DNA from: an uncultured Planctomycetaceae bacterium
Lineage (GTDB): Bacteria > Planctomycetota > Planctomycetia > Planctomycetales > Planctomycetaceae
Length of the DNA stretch: 64,000 nucleotides
Reading direction: 5' to 3'
Assembly: GCA_963813715.1 (NCBI GenBank)
Contig: CAWFAK010000007.1
Span: 608,001 to 672,000, forward strand
Part shown: positions 33,481 to 45,630 of the stretch, in pieces
Numbering within the stretch: position 1 is the stretch's first letter
Layout: every line of letters starts with the position of its first letter
The notes under the pieces: generated by a model
Databases searched by the model: none
Seen by the model: the letters and a program-made list of their open reading frames with translations, nothing else
What the model was told of the DNA's origin: nothing
Position numbers and translations under genes: made by a program

Positions 33481-34926
33481 ATGACAATTCGCTTGCGTCA
33501 CCTGCGCCCGGGGATTGCGGTCTGCGGCATCCTCGCCTGCCTGGCAGCGGCCGATCTGAAGACGAACGATCTGCGAGCCGGGGATCGCGACGGCAATGTG
33601 CCTCGCTTTCTTACCGGGCGACAAACGTCGCCGGGTGATGCCGTGCATCCGCCGGAGCACTGGTCGGCCACGGACAACATCGCCTGGAAGACCGACATTG
33701 TCGGGCTCGGCTGGTCGTCCCCCATCGTCTGGAAGGGGCGCGTCTATCTGACGACGTGCCTCAACACGTCCAAGGATCGCAAGCCGCGGAAGGGCCTGTA
33801 CCTCGAAGACGTCGATGCCACGAAGTACCCGCGCGACAAAAGCGTCCATTTGTGGAAGACGCTGTGCCTCGACCTGGCGACGGGCAAAATCGTCTGGGAG
33901 CAGACCGCGTCCGAGGGCGTGCCGGCTAAGCCGCACCACATCAAGAATACGCTGGCCTCGGAAACGCCGACGACGGACGGCGAGCGGCTTTACGTGCTGT
34001 TCGGCAACCTGGGGCTCTTCTGCTACAGCATGGACGGCCGTCCGCTGTGGACGGTCCCCATCCCGCCGCGCGACACGCGTTACGGCTGGGGCACTGCAAT
34101 GTCTCCGGTAGTCTTCGGCGACCGGCTCTACTACGCCGACGACAATGAAGAATCGGCCTCGCTCGTCGCGCTCGACAAACGGACCGGCAAAGAAGTCTGG
34201 CGGGTCACCCGCAAAGAAAAGACCAACTACTCCACGCCCTTCGTCTGGGAAACGCCGAACCGCACCGAGTTGGTGATCTCGGGGATCAATTGGGTCACGT
34301 CGTACGATCTGTCGGGCAAAGAGCTGTGGAAGATCAAAGGCAAATCGATCCTGTCGATCCCCACTCCTTTCGCCCACGACGGCCTGCTGTATGTGACCTC
34401 GGGACACGTCATCTGGGGCAAGCACCGCATCTACGCCATCCGTCCCGGCGCCCATGGCGATCTCTCGCCTCCCGACGATGACAAGCCAGAAAAACCCGTC
34501 GCCGAACCGGCCCACGACAAGCTCGATCCGCACATCGTCTGGACCCAGAAGATCGGCCCCTATCACCCGACGCCGCTGATCGTCGGGGATCGCCTCTACA
34601 TGCTGTTCGACCGTGGCTTCCTGATGTGCTTTGACGCGAAGACGGGCAAGGTGATCTTCGACAAGCAGCGGCTGCCCAAGGGGAACGCGTTCACCAGCTC
34701 TCCTTGGAGCTACGACGACAAGCTCTTCTGCGTGAACGAGGACGGCGTGACTTACGTCGTCGAGACGGGACCGAAGTTCAAATTGCTCTATACGAATAGC
34801 CTGGCGGAAGACGACATGTGCATGGCCACGCCTGTCATCGTTGGCGACAAGCTCTTGATCCGCACCGCCAAACGGCTCTATTGCGTGGCTCCTGCAACCA
34901 AAGGCGAGAGCACGGCCCGCAATTAG
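33481..34926 (+). CDS. PQQ-binding-like beta-propeller protein
   Basis: WKTDIVGLGWSSP, DLATGKIVW, ALDKRTGKEVW repeats. Confidence 0.88.
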   Translation: MTIRLRHLRPGIAVCGILACLAAADLKTNDLRAGDRDGNVPRFLTGRQTSPGDAVHPPEHWSATDNIAWKTDIVGLGWSSPIVWKGRVYLTTCLNTSKDRKPRKGLYLEDVDATKYPRDKSVHLWKTLCLDLATGKIVWEQTASEGVPAKPHHIKNTLASETPTTDGERLYVLFGNLGLFCYSMDGRPLWTVPIPPRDTRYGWGTAMSPVVFGDRLYYADDNEESASLVALDKRTGKEVWRVTRKEKTNYSTPFVWETPNRTELVISGINWVTSYDLSGKELWKIKGKSILSIPTPFAHDGLLYVTSGHVIWGKHRIYAIRPGAHGDLSPPDDDKPEKPVAEPAHDKLDPHIVWTQKIGPYHPTPLIVGDRLYMLFDRGFLMCFDAKTGKVIFDKQRLPKGNAFTSSPWSYDDKLFCVNEDGVTYVVETGPKFKLLYTNSLAEDDMCMATPVIVGDKLLIRTAKRLYCVAPATKGESTARN

Positions 34927-34950
34927 GCGATCCGTGAAAGAGAACAGTTG

Positions 34951-35619
34951 ATGCGACCCGAACGAATGATCGTGGTGTTCGGCATCCTGGCCGGATTGCT
35001 CGCCGCGGCGATGGCCGTGCTGGCCTTTTCGACCGGCGTCACGCAGGAATTCTTCGAGGCCATCCACCCGGCGAAAGAGTATGGCGAAACGCTGGTCCGG
35101 CAGGCCACCTCGCTGCGGATTGCGTTCTCCCTGGATAACCTGTTTCTGCTCGCTTATACGGCGTTCTTTCTCTGGTTCGTGATCGAGCGCCGCGGCAAAG
35201 CCGATCCCCTAGCCTGCCACGTGCTGATCGGTTCGCTGCTGCTGGCCTCCCTGCTCGACGCGGTCGAGAATTTCCACATCCTGGCGATGCTCAATCGGGC
35301 CGACGCCGGTCAGCTGCCCAGCGACGGCGAAATCGAGCTGCAATACGTGTTGAGTGCCGTGAAGTTCACGGCCGGTTACCTCGTGGCCGTGATCTTCGGC
35401 GTCCTGTATCCGCGCGACACGCTGCTCGCGCGGATCGTTGGGGCGAGCACGGCCATCGTCTTTCCGATCTTGGGGGTGCTGGTCTTTACCACGCCCGCTC
35501 CCTGGTCGGACCTGTGCGGGCTGGGCCGTTTCTTGTTCTTCGTGCTCGGCTTCTTCCTGAGCGGCATCGTCTACTGGAACCGGCACTCCGCGTCCGCCCC
35601 GGCGAATTCTGATCGATGA
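34951..35619 (+). CDS. Hypothetical membrane protein
   Basis: About 6 TM segments, LLDAVENF motif. Confidence 0.7.
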   Translation: MRPERMIVVFGILAGLLAAAMAVLAFSTGVTQEFFEAIHPAKEYGETLVRQATSLRIAFSLDNLFLLAYTAFFLWFVIERRGKADPLACHVLIGSLLLASLLDAVENFHILAMLNRADAGQLPSDGEIELQYVLSAVKFTAGYLVAVIFGVLYPRDTLLARIVGASTAIVFPILGVLVFTTPAPWSDLCGLGRFLFFVLGFFLSGIVYWNRHSASAPANSDR

Positions 35620-35762
35620 AGTTTCATCGGATCTTGAGGGCTCGGGTTTCATCCGATCTTGATGATTGCCCGATTCGTCCTTGCTAAGATAGCCGTCGAC
35701 ATAAACGCCGCTCATGAAGGCGCGCGTCCATACAGCTTGAATTCACTTCTGAGGAGATTTCC

Positions 35763-36294
35763 ATGGCGATTCGATCCGCGAGTCTTTTCGTCCTGGCGGT
35801 GGCGTTTGCGGCCGCAGCACCGAACACGTTCCGCGCGGCGCAGGCCGGTGACGCCTCGAGCGCGTCGGCCTTCGACCGCTTCAAAGCCCTGCAAGGGGAA
35901 TGGATCGCCAAGCCGGACAAGACCGGGAACGCCCCAAAGCTGCGGTGCGTCTTCAAAGTGACGTCGGCGGGATCCGCCGTGGAGGAGACGATGCTGCCGG
36001 GCACGAAGCATGAAATGATCAACATGATCCATCCAGACGGCGATGGCGTCGTGCTCACGCACTACTGTGCCGCCGGCAACCAGCCCGAAATGAAAGCTCC
36101 GGACAAGACCGACGGCAAAGACGTGGCGTTCCAGTTCGTGCGAGCCGGCAACATGAAGTCGCCCAACGAAAGCCACATGCACCAGGTCACGTACACGTTC
36201 GTCGATAACGACAACCTCAGAGACGACATGGATCAACTATGTTGACGGCAAGCCGGCCGGCGACATGGTGTTTGAAATGACGCGAAAGAAGTAA
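35763..36294 (+). CDS. Secreted hypothetical protein (frameshift near 36228)
   Basis: GAGGAG RBS, signal peptide, LTHYCAAGNQP, HMH; continues ...VFEMTRKK* in another frame. Confidence 0.7.
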
Positions 36295-36323
36295 CGCGGT
36301 CGCCCGCTCAGCCCGACATTCAT

Positions 36324-36352
36324 GCCCTCTCCGCTGCGGAGAGGGCTTTTTT
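36324..36352 (+). terminator. Rho-independent terminator
   Basis: GCCCTCTCCG-CTG-CGGAGAGGGC followed by T6. Confidence 0.85.
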
Positions 36353-36358
36353 GTTTGG

Positions 36359-37285
36359 TCAGCGAACCGCGCCAGCGGACGGACTCTTGCCGTCGCGGAG
36401 CCAGTCGAGCGCGAGCGGCCAGGCGGCAGCCCGGCTCGTGCGGAAGAAGTCGACGTGGCCAAAGCCTTTGAATCCGAATGCCCGTGGATCCAGGCACACC
36501 GTCTGCTTGGGAGCGGAGGGAAAAAGTCGCAGCAAGTCGTCGACGTTGCGCGGCGTGGCGATGGAATCGTCGTTGGAGTAAAGCGAGAGAATCGGTGCGC
36601 GGAATTCGTCGTAATAGTGCCGCGTGATTCCGCGACCGAACTCATTCGCGACGTAGCCCCGCCCCAGGCACCACCGCGACCACTGCCGGGCAACGCCGGC
36701 CGGCAGATCCTCGCCCATGCCGATCGCGTGCGAAGGCGAGTAGCCCAACAGCCGGGCCGTGACCGGCAGATAGACCCGCAGATAACCGTAGGCCACGATG
36801 CGATAAGGCATTCGCAGGCCCCAAACATGCCCGCTCGACGCCGACACCATCAGCACGCGGCGAATGGCGGCATGGTTGGGCATCAGCCCGATCAACTGTC
36901 CGCCGGCGCTGTGGCCAACCAGGTCAACGGCGTCGGCCCCGCTCCGCAGCCGAAGCCAATCGAGGGCGGCCGGCATGTCGAGCTGGCCCCAGTCCTGCTT
37001 CCGCGCGGGAGACAGCCGCACATGCGTCTCGCGGAGCGACGCGCCGATCCCCCGGTAATCGAAGGTCAGCACGTCACTTCCCTGCTGGGCGAGCCAGCGA
37101 GCAAAGGGACCGTAAAACCGCTGCGACACGCCGGTTGCTGGACAGAGCAGCACGGGGTTCGAGCGCCGCGCTTCGGCCGCCGGATAAAAACGGCCGCCCA
37201 GCAGCGTTCCGTCCGCGGCGGCGAACTCAACGGCCTCCGCAGCGACGCTCGTCGCCTTTGCGGCCTCGATGGAATCGGCGCTCAT
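36359..37285 (-). CDS. Alpha/beta hydrolase (COG4757-like)
   Basis: FDYRGIGAS, WGQLD, GHSAGG, DD, GHVDFF. Confidence 0.88.
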   Translation of the reverse strand: MSADSIEAAKATSVAAEAVEFAAADGTLLGGRFYPAAEARRSNPVLLCPATGVSQRFYGPFARWLAQQGSDVLTFDYRGIGASLRETHVRLSPARKQDWGQLDMPAALDWLRLRSGADAVDLVGHSAGGQLIGLMPNHAAIRRVLMVSASSGHVWGLRMPYRIVAYGYLRVYLPVTARLLGYSPSHAIGMGEDLPAGVARQWSRWCLGRGYVANEFGRGITRHYYDEFRAPILSLYSNDDSIATPRNVDDLLRLFPSAPKQTVCLDPRAFGFKGFGHVDFFRTSRAAAWPLALDWLRDGKSPSAGAVR

Positions 37286-37308
37286 CGCAACCTTTGGGCT
37301 TGCCGTCT

Positions 37309-37412
37309 TGTAGGGCAGGCTGTGCCTGCCGTCCGTGTTACCCACGGTTTGTGTGATACGTTAGCCGTTTGTGTGACGCGTCAAATGAACGGCAGGCACC
37401 GCCTGCCCTACA
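37309..37412. repeat. GTAG-class REPIN (inverted REP pair)
   Basis: TGTAGGGCAGGCTGTGCCTGCCGT / ACGGCAGGCACCGCCTGCCCTACA; each arm is itself a hairpin. Confidence 0.8.
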
Positions 37413-37438
37413 GATCCCGGTTATTGCCCGCCGTTTCA

Positions 37439-38151
37439 TCAGCGTTGCACGTCGTAATAAAAATGGTCGGCGTCCTTCTGTGATCGGCCGGAGAAAATCC
37501 GCCGCACGAAGCCGGGATTGAGCACCAGGTACCAGTCGCCGAACTGGTCGAACTTGCGGCAAGATGTGACGATGTGCTCCTTCCAGATGGTCTTGAATCG
37601 CTTCCTCTTCTGTTTGCCGTAGGCCTTGAGGCGATTGGCGAAATCGAGATCCTCGACGCTGACGCACCGTTCGTCGAAGCCGCCGATCGCCAAAAAATCC
37701 TCGCGCAGACACCAAAAGAGCCCGCCGGACACGCGGTGCTTGGCGGCGATTGGCAACAGGATGAGGCCTGTGGCAAGGATCCCGGCGGACCAGCGCTCGG
37801 GATAGATCATCACGCCGCCGCCGATGTATTTGCCGGTCGCCAGTAAACGATCGACGGTGACGAGCATGCCGCGGCTCATACGGCTGTCGGCGTCGATGGT
37901 GATGAGAATTTCGCCAGTCGCCGCCTGCGCCCGGCGTTGCGAATCCGGGCAATGTTGCGGGCGTCTTCGTGAACGATCTTCGCCCCAGCCGCGCGGGCGA
38001 TCTCTTCCGTGCGGTCGGTGCAGCGATTGATCGAAGCAATGATCTCGACCTCGCCGGGATAGGGCGCGCTCGCCGCCGCAATCGATGCCAGGCAGCCCGG
38101 CAGGAATTTCTCCTCGTTACGGGCCGGGACGATGATCGAGAACTTGGGCAT
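37439..38151 (-). CDS. Glycosyltransferase family 2 (frameshifts near 37930 and 37880)
   Basis: FSIIVPARNEE, CTDRT, IARIRNAG, IDADS, IGGFDE, EDL. Confidence 0.85.
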
Positions 38152-38195
38152 CGCGGGTCTCACGCCGGCGTCACACCGGACGTCACACATTATGA

Positions 38196-39630
<1,435 letters not shown>

Positions 39631-39751
39631 GAGGGCTCCTGGGTACAATTTCGGTTGCATTCGTCCGATAAAGTTTGATATTCAGACGATCGTTGCTGGC
39701 TTCTGCCGCCCTTCCTTCCGGGCGGAAGGGGGGCATCGTCTTGGAGCTTCC

Positions 39752-40386
39752 ATGCACGTTCCGCGGTTTTTCGTTGTGGGCCTGCTGATCATCGCACCCG
39801 CCTGTCCTTGCGGATGTGGTCCTTCGAATGGAACGTCGTGCCGATTGGCGCATTGGCGCTCTTTTGCGGAGCCCACTTTCGCAATCGCGCGCTGGCGTTC
39901 GCCGTCCCTTTATTCGCGATGCTGCTGGGCGACGTCCTTCTGGCCGTCCAGACGCAGAATCCGCAGCTCTACCTGTTCCACACGCTGATGCCCCTCATTT
40001 ACGGGTGCTATGTGGTCAGCGTGGTAATGGGTATCGTCCTGCGGACCTACTGGGATCGCTTGGACGAAGGCCTCGGCGAGCGGCAAAGCGGCCAGTCCGG
40101 AGACAGCGCCCGCCGCGATTCCGGCTTGTGGACGCGCGTGGTGCCGATCGCTTCGCTGACGATCGCCGGTTCGATCTTGTTCTTCGTCGTCACCAACTTC
40201 GGTTGCTGGTGGTTGTATAACATGTACCCGAAGTCGTGGCCGGGCCTCTTCCAGTGCTATGTCGCGGGCATCCCCTTCTTTCGCGGGACGCTCTTCGGCG
40301 ACTTGATTGGCTCGGCCATCCTCTTCGGCGGCGAGCAGTTGCTGCGTCACCATGCGATGCCCGTGCCGGAGTCAGAGCGGTTTTAG
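39752..40386 (+). CDS. DUF6580-like putative transport membrane protein (frameshift near 39805)
   Basis: WNVVPIGALALFCGA...SILFFVVTNFGCW...YPKSWPGLFQCYVAGIPFFRGTLFGDL. Confidence 0.7.
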
Positions 40387-40412
40387 AGTCGGCCGCGCCC
40401 TGAGATCTCGCG

Positions 40413-41378
40413 ATGCCCGAGCCGCGAATTGTCTCGTTGATCGCTAGCGCCACGGAAATCGTCGCGGCGCTGGGATTCGGTCACCACCTGGTCGGCCGCT
40501 CGCACGAGTGCGATTTTCCGCCCGAGGTCTTGGCCCTGCCCGCTTGCTCCGAGCCCAAGATCGACATTCACGCCACGAGTCGCCAGATCGACGAGCGGGT
40601 GAAATCGCTGGCCCGCGAGGCCGTCTCGGTCTATCGCGTCTTTCCCGACGTGCTCAAACGCCTCAACCCAACGCACATCGTCACGCAAACGCAGTGCGAG
40701 GTATGCGCGGTCAGCCTCAAAGACGTCGAGCGGGCCATGGCCGACATGATCGGCGTCGAATGCCCGCCGCAGATCGTCTCGCTGGCGCCAATGGGGTTGG
40801 CCGACGTCTGGACCGACATCCGCACAGTGGGCCGCTCCTTGAACGCCGCCGATCGGGCGGAGTCGCTGGTGGACAGGCTGCGGAAAGAACTCGACGCGAT
40901 CGGCACGCAGGTAGCGTCCGCCCGTTCGCGTCCCTCAATAGCCTGCATCGAATGGATCGACCCGCTGATGTCGGCCGGCAACTGGGTCCCCGAGATGGTG
41001 GAAATCGCCGGCGGACGCAACCTGCTCGGCGCGGCGGGCAAACATTCGCCCTGGCTCGACTGGGATGAGCTGATCGCGTGCGATGCCGACGTGATCGCCC
41101 TCATGCCCTGCGGCTTCGACATCGCCCGCACGCGGCAGGAGCTGCCGCCGCTGGTCGGCAATCCGCGATGGCACCAGCTGCGAGCCGTGCGCGAAGGCCG
41201 CGTCTATCTGACGGACGGCAACCAATTCTTCAACCGCCCGGGCCCGCGTTTGATCGAATCGACCCGCATCCTGGCCGAAATCCTGCACCCCGGTCTCTTC
41301 GACAATTCGCTCGAAGGAACCGGCTGGGTGCAGCTTGAACGCACGCTCACGCGGTCCCACGCCACAACGATGCCGTAA
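40413..41378 (+). CDS. Cobalamin/Fe-siderophore-type (BtuF-like) substrate-binding protein lacking a signal peptide
   Basis: RIVSLIASATEIV, VGRSHECDFP, EWIDPLMSAGNWVPE, FNRPGPRL. Confidence 0.85.
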   Translation: MPEPRIVSLIASATEIVAALGFGHHLVGRSHECDFPPEVLALPACSEPKIDIHATSRQIDERVKSLAREAVSVYRVFPDVLKRLNPTHIVTQTQCEVCAVSLKDVERAMADMIGVECPPQIVSLAPMGLADVWTDIRTVGRSLNAADRAESLVDRLRKELDAIGTQVASARSRPSIACIEWIDPLMSAGNWVPEMVEIAGGRNLLGAAGKHSPWLDWDELIACDADVIALMPCGFDIARTRQELPPLVGNPRWHQLRAVREGRVYLTDGNQFFNRPGPRLIESTRILAEILHPGLFDNSLEGTGWVQLERTLTRSHATTMP

Positions 41379-41631
41379 GCTCAGCCCCAGCAGGGAAGCT
41401 GTCGCCGAGAGGCCTTTCACCACCTTCCGCGTTGAGCGGCCGACGAGCGTGGCGAGTTGATGAAGCAGCGTTCCCCGTGCCGGCCCCCGCGCGTGGCTGG
41501 CCCGCCCAAAAATCGCTACCCTGGAATTCAGCGGCGACCGCTTGACCGAGCGCTTCGACGACTTCGGTTGCCTGGATTCCTGCCCGCCGCCACCCGCCCT
41601 GTTGGCCTCAAACCACTCCCGGAGAGAAAAC

Positions 41632-42834
41632 GTGTTGCGACGGCAAACCATGTGTTGGACCGGCGTCCTCGTGCTGTGGGCGTTGCCGCTGTTCGCGGAC
41701 GACGTGCATTGGCAGCGGATCAACCTGGACAAAACCTTCCGTTCGGAAGGGGTCGCGGCTTTCGACGTCAATCACGACGGCAAGATCGACGTCGTGGCCG
41801 GCGACGTCTGGTACGAAGCCCCCGATTGGAAAATGCACGAGATCCGCAACGTCGGCAAGTACGACGGCTCCAAAGGCTACAGCAACAGCTTTTGCAACTT
41901 CGGTTACGACGTGAACGGCGACGGCTGGGTCGACCTGATTTTGATCGGATTCCCGGGCATCCCTGCTTCTGGTACGAGAATCCCAAGAACGAGCCCGGGC
42001 ACTGGAAAGAACACCTCATCTGGCATAGCGCCTGCAACGAATCGCCCTGTTTTCTCGACGTGACGGGCGACGGCAAGCCGTCACTCTTGATGGGGTCGCA
42101 GCCCGAGAATCAGGTCGGCTATTTGCCGATCCCGCCGCACGACCAGGTCGACAACAAGTGGACGTTCTACGCGCTGGGGCACAAGGGCAGTCCGAAAGCG
42201 CAGGGCTTGGACAACGGCTCGCACAAGTTCTATCACGGCATCGGCGTGGGGGACTTCAATCGCGACGGCCGCGACGACGTGATCATCCGCGACGGCTGGT
42301 GGGAAGCGCCGCAGGACCGCACGCAGGTCCCCTGGACGTTTCACCCGTTTGACATGCAACACCAGGGCAACCCGCGTCGGCACCGAGTGCGCGAACATCT
42401 GGGTCGACGACCTCGACGGAGACGGCGACAGCGACCTAATCTCGAGCTCGGCCCACTCGTTCGGCGTCTGGTGGTGGGAGAACCTCGACGGCAAGCATCT
42501 CAAGCAGCACATCATCGACAAATCGTTCTCGCAGACGCATGCGCTTCTGTATCTCGACATCAACGGCGACGGCCAAAAAGACCTCGTCACCGGCAAGCGA
42601 TATTTCGCCCACATGGGGCACGACCCGGGCGACTACGACCCGGTGGTGATGGCCTGGTACGAGATCAAGAAGACAAAGGGCGCCCCGCCGCAGTTCATCA
42701 AGCACGAAATCGTCGAGGGCCGCGACACGGGCATCGGCACGCAGTTTCAGGTGCTCGATGTCAACGGCGACGGTCGACCCGATATCGTGCTCTCGAACAA
42801 GAAGGGCGTGAATCTTTTGATTCAGCGACCGTGA
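41632..42834 (+). CDS. FG-GAP/VCBS repeat protein (frameshifts near 41960 and 42375)
   Basis: Repeated DVNxDGxxD / DLDGDGDSD motifs; signal peptide. Confidence 0.85.
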
Positions 42835-42877
42835 GGCCGCGCCGCGAGTTCGCTCCTACTTTGCCGGGAATTCTTGC

Positions 42878-44032
42878 ATGACCAGCTTTATTCGCTGTCT
42901 CTTGCTCGCAATCTGCGGGATCGCATTGCTCTCCGAATCGGACGCGGGGGCGGACGAGTTGGCAACCGGCGACGCCGCGCCTCGGCTGGTGATCAACACC
43001 TTTCACGTCGGCAACAGCCTGACCGGTAACGCCGTGCGTTTTCGTGATTTCGCCAAGACGGCGGGCGTCGAGAATCGGGCCTCGTGGTTCCTGATCGGCG
43101 GCGCCTACACCGTAAAGCTCTGGAAGGCCAAGGAGGGGTCCGACAAGCAACGCTTTGCGAAGGAGTACGCGAAGGCGGCCTTTCCCCTCGATCATTTCAC
43201 TCTGCAGCCGCGCGACTTCAATCTCGACGAGGAGGTCGAATATGAGCGGAAATTCATCGACTTCGTTCGCCAGAAGTCGCCCGACGTGCAGCCCTGGCTT
43301 TACGCCGAATGGGTGGAGCGCGACCGCCGTCGGCCAAGCGACAAAGGCGTCGTCCCCAGCTACCAGATGAAAAAGACCTTCCCCGCCGCGACGTGGGAGG
43401 AGTCAATGTCGGCGATGCTGCTCTATGTCGAGGAAGTCCAACATCGCCTCAACGCCGAGAATAAAGAGGGGAAGCCGGCGCGAATTCTCCCGTGCTCGCT
43501 CGCCTTGGGTTGGGCACGGAATCTGATCGACAACCACCAATTTCCCGGCGTGCCTCCTGGCGAAGACAGCTTTTATCACACGTTCTTCGCCGACACGGTG
43601 CACGTGAACCCGGCGGGCTGCTACCTGGTTGACGCGGTCTGGTATGCCGCGTTCACGGGCGAATCGCCCGAGGGGAAGCTGCAACCCGTCGGCACCGCGC
43701 TCACCCCAGCGCAGGCCGCCGTCATTCAGCGACTGGCCTGGAAGATCGTCCAAAACTATCCCGATTGCGGCCTTTACAAGGAAGGGACCACCCCCGCCGC
43801 CGCTCCGACGTTTTCAATCCCATCGCAGCCCCTGATCAAGCCGACGCCCGTCGACTTGACCTCCAAGACGCGCGGCGTGTCGTACCGCTATACGCTCGAC
43901 GGCACGACTCCGACGCGGACGCGTGGCTACGTCTACTGCGGCATCATCACCGCCCGGCCAGGAATGACGATCAAAGCCATCGCGTACAAGAGCGGGATGG
44001 CGGACAGCGGGGTGGTGGAGTCGACCTATTAG
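42878..44032 (+). CDS. Secreted SGNH-like hydrolase with C-terminal Fn3-associated/chitobiase-like domain
   Basis: Signal peptide; VGNSLT block I; DTVH; YRYTLDGTTP...IKAIAYKSGM. Confidence 0.65.
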   Translation: MTSFIRCLLLAICGIALLSESDAGADELATGDAAPRLVINTFHVGNSLTGNAVRFRDFAKTAGVENRASWFLIGGAYTVKLWKAKEGSDKQRFAKEYAKAAFPLDHFTLQPRDFNLDEEVEYERKFIDFVRQKSPDVQPWLYAEWVERDRRRPSDKGVVPSYQMKKTFPAATWEESMSAMLLYVEEVQHRLNAENKEGKPARILPCSLALGWARNLIDNHQFPGVPPGEDSFYHTFFADTVHVNPAGCYLVDAVWYAAFTGESPEGKLQPVGTALTPAQAAVIQRLAWKIVQNYPDCGLYKEGTTPAAAPTFSIPSQPLIKPTPVDLTSKTRGVSYRYTLDGTTPTRTRGYVYCGIITARPGMTIKAIAYKSGMADSGVVESTY

Positions 44033-44041
44033 AAACGATTG

Positions 44042-45443
44042 CTACAGATCCCGGCCAATCGACTCGGCCGTATACGCGCTCGACGCGGATCGTGTCGGAC
44101 CAATAGTTCGGGGCGAGGCCGGTCTTCTTTTTGAGATGCGCAAGGAATTCGTGGGCGTCGCGGACCGAGCGCCACACGGACGGGAGCAGCGTGCCGCGAC
44201 GGCCGCCCTCGATGAGCGTGAGGCCGTCGACGCCGGGCCGCATCTGAGAGAGCAAATCGGCTTCCGACTGGAAGTTCAGTTCTTCGGGCGGGCTTAAGAG
44301 CGAGATGTGGATCTCGAGATTCGCCAACTCGTCGCAAGTGAGCTTGCCGAACCGCGGGTCGCGGAAGGCGGCCAACCAGGCATTGCGGGCGACGTTGGCG
44401 ATGAGCGGCTCGGACCCCTCGAGCGAACCCATGCAGCCGCGCAGCTTGCCGCCGACATGCAGCGTCACAAAGCACGCTTGCCGCGCCAGCAGACGGCCCG
44501 GCTGGTTTTCCAGGTCGATCGCCAGCTCACGCCCCGTGTCGACTCCGTACGCGATCGACTTAGCGGCAACGTCGAGCAACGTGCGGCGGTCGGCACCGGT
44601 CAGTTCGTCCTCCGCACTTTCGACGACGAAGGCACCGTAACCCACCACGCGGTCGCGGGAGCCAGCCGTGTCTCCCGAATTCCGCAGGTCGAGCTGCCGG
44701 ACCCGCAGGCCCCGATGGCGTGCCGCCTCGAGCATGCCGCCGATCGGTCGGAATCCGCAGCACCGCTCGCCCGTCAATTCCTGGAACCGCAGCGACTCGA
44801 TCAAGCGGGCGGTCTCGGTGTCGACCCGCACGGCAGTCTCGTAGTCGTGAAAATGGCTCAGGTCGGAACTGACGACGAAGAGCGTTTCTTCGCCGCCCCA
44901 CAAGAGTTCGATCAACTGCGACACTTCCTCCGCAGTGACCTCGCCGACGGCCAGCGGCAGGACCTGAAAGTCGCCGAGCAGCTCCTGCAGAAACGGGACA
45001 TGCACCTCGAGGCTGTGCTCGCGGGCATGCGCCGCGTCGTTGAGCACCACGAAGGGCAGGCTCAGCGCCCGCTCAGCCGCTTCGCGATCGATGGGTACAG
45101 GCCCCAGCGGCGTTTGGAAAGCATCGGCCGTCGGAATCGCTATCCCTCGCAGCGGCACAAAGTGGGCCGGTCCGAACAGGATCACGCGTCGGACTCGCCC
45201 CCGCAGTCCACGCAGTGCCGCGTAAGCGCTTCCCGCGATCGGACCCGAGTAGACGTACCCCGCATGCGGGGCAATAATTGCTTTGGGCGACGTGTGACGA
45301 GGCTCGGGCGACGGCATCAGCGAATCGGATGACGTCTTCGTCGCTTTCGCTGCTGACAGAAAGCTGCGAATGACCGCCCGCAATTCGTCCGGGTTTGCCG
45401 GGTAGAACCGGCCAGCGACTGCTGGCTCGCGCACGCCACTCAT
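44042..45443 (-). CDS. AmmeMemoRadiSam protein B (MEMO) fused to protein A (AMMECR1); small frameshift near 44075
   Basis: REPAVAGRFYP, PHAGYVYSG, EHSLEV, SSDLSH, VVGY then CFVTL...LRGCMG, DPRF, GVDGL; end ...YTAESIGRDL*. Confidence 0.9.
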
Positions 45444-45475
45444 CGAATTACCGCTCGTCGATCGTGAACCGAGCA

Positions 45476-45546
45476 GGGAGGGCGAGGCTCCCGCCAAACT
45501 GAGTGTCCTGCGTCTGACTTCGGCTCAGCAGGAGCTTCGCCCTCCC
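45476..45546. repeat. REP doublet in the divergent promoter region
   Basis: GGGAGGGCGAGGCTCC / GGAGCTTCGCCCTCCC. Confidence 0.75.
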
Positions 45547-45630
45547 GAATTGAAATCACGGCCCCGAATTGACATCACTGCCGTTGCCAGCGGCTTGTAA
45601 TAGTATTCTCGCACAAACCAGCGAAGCAAG

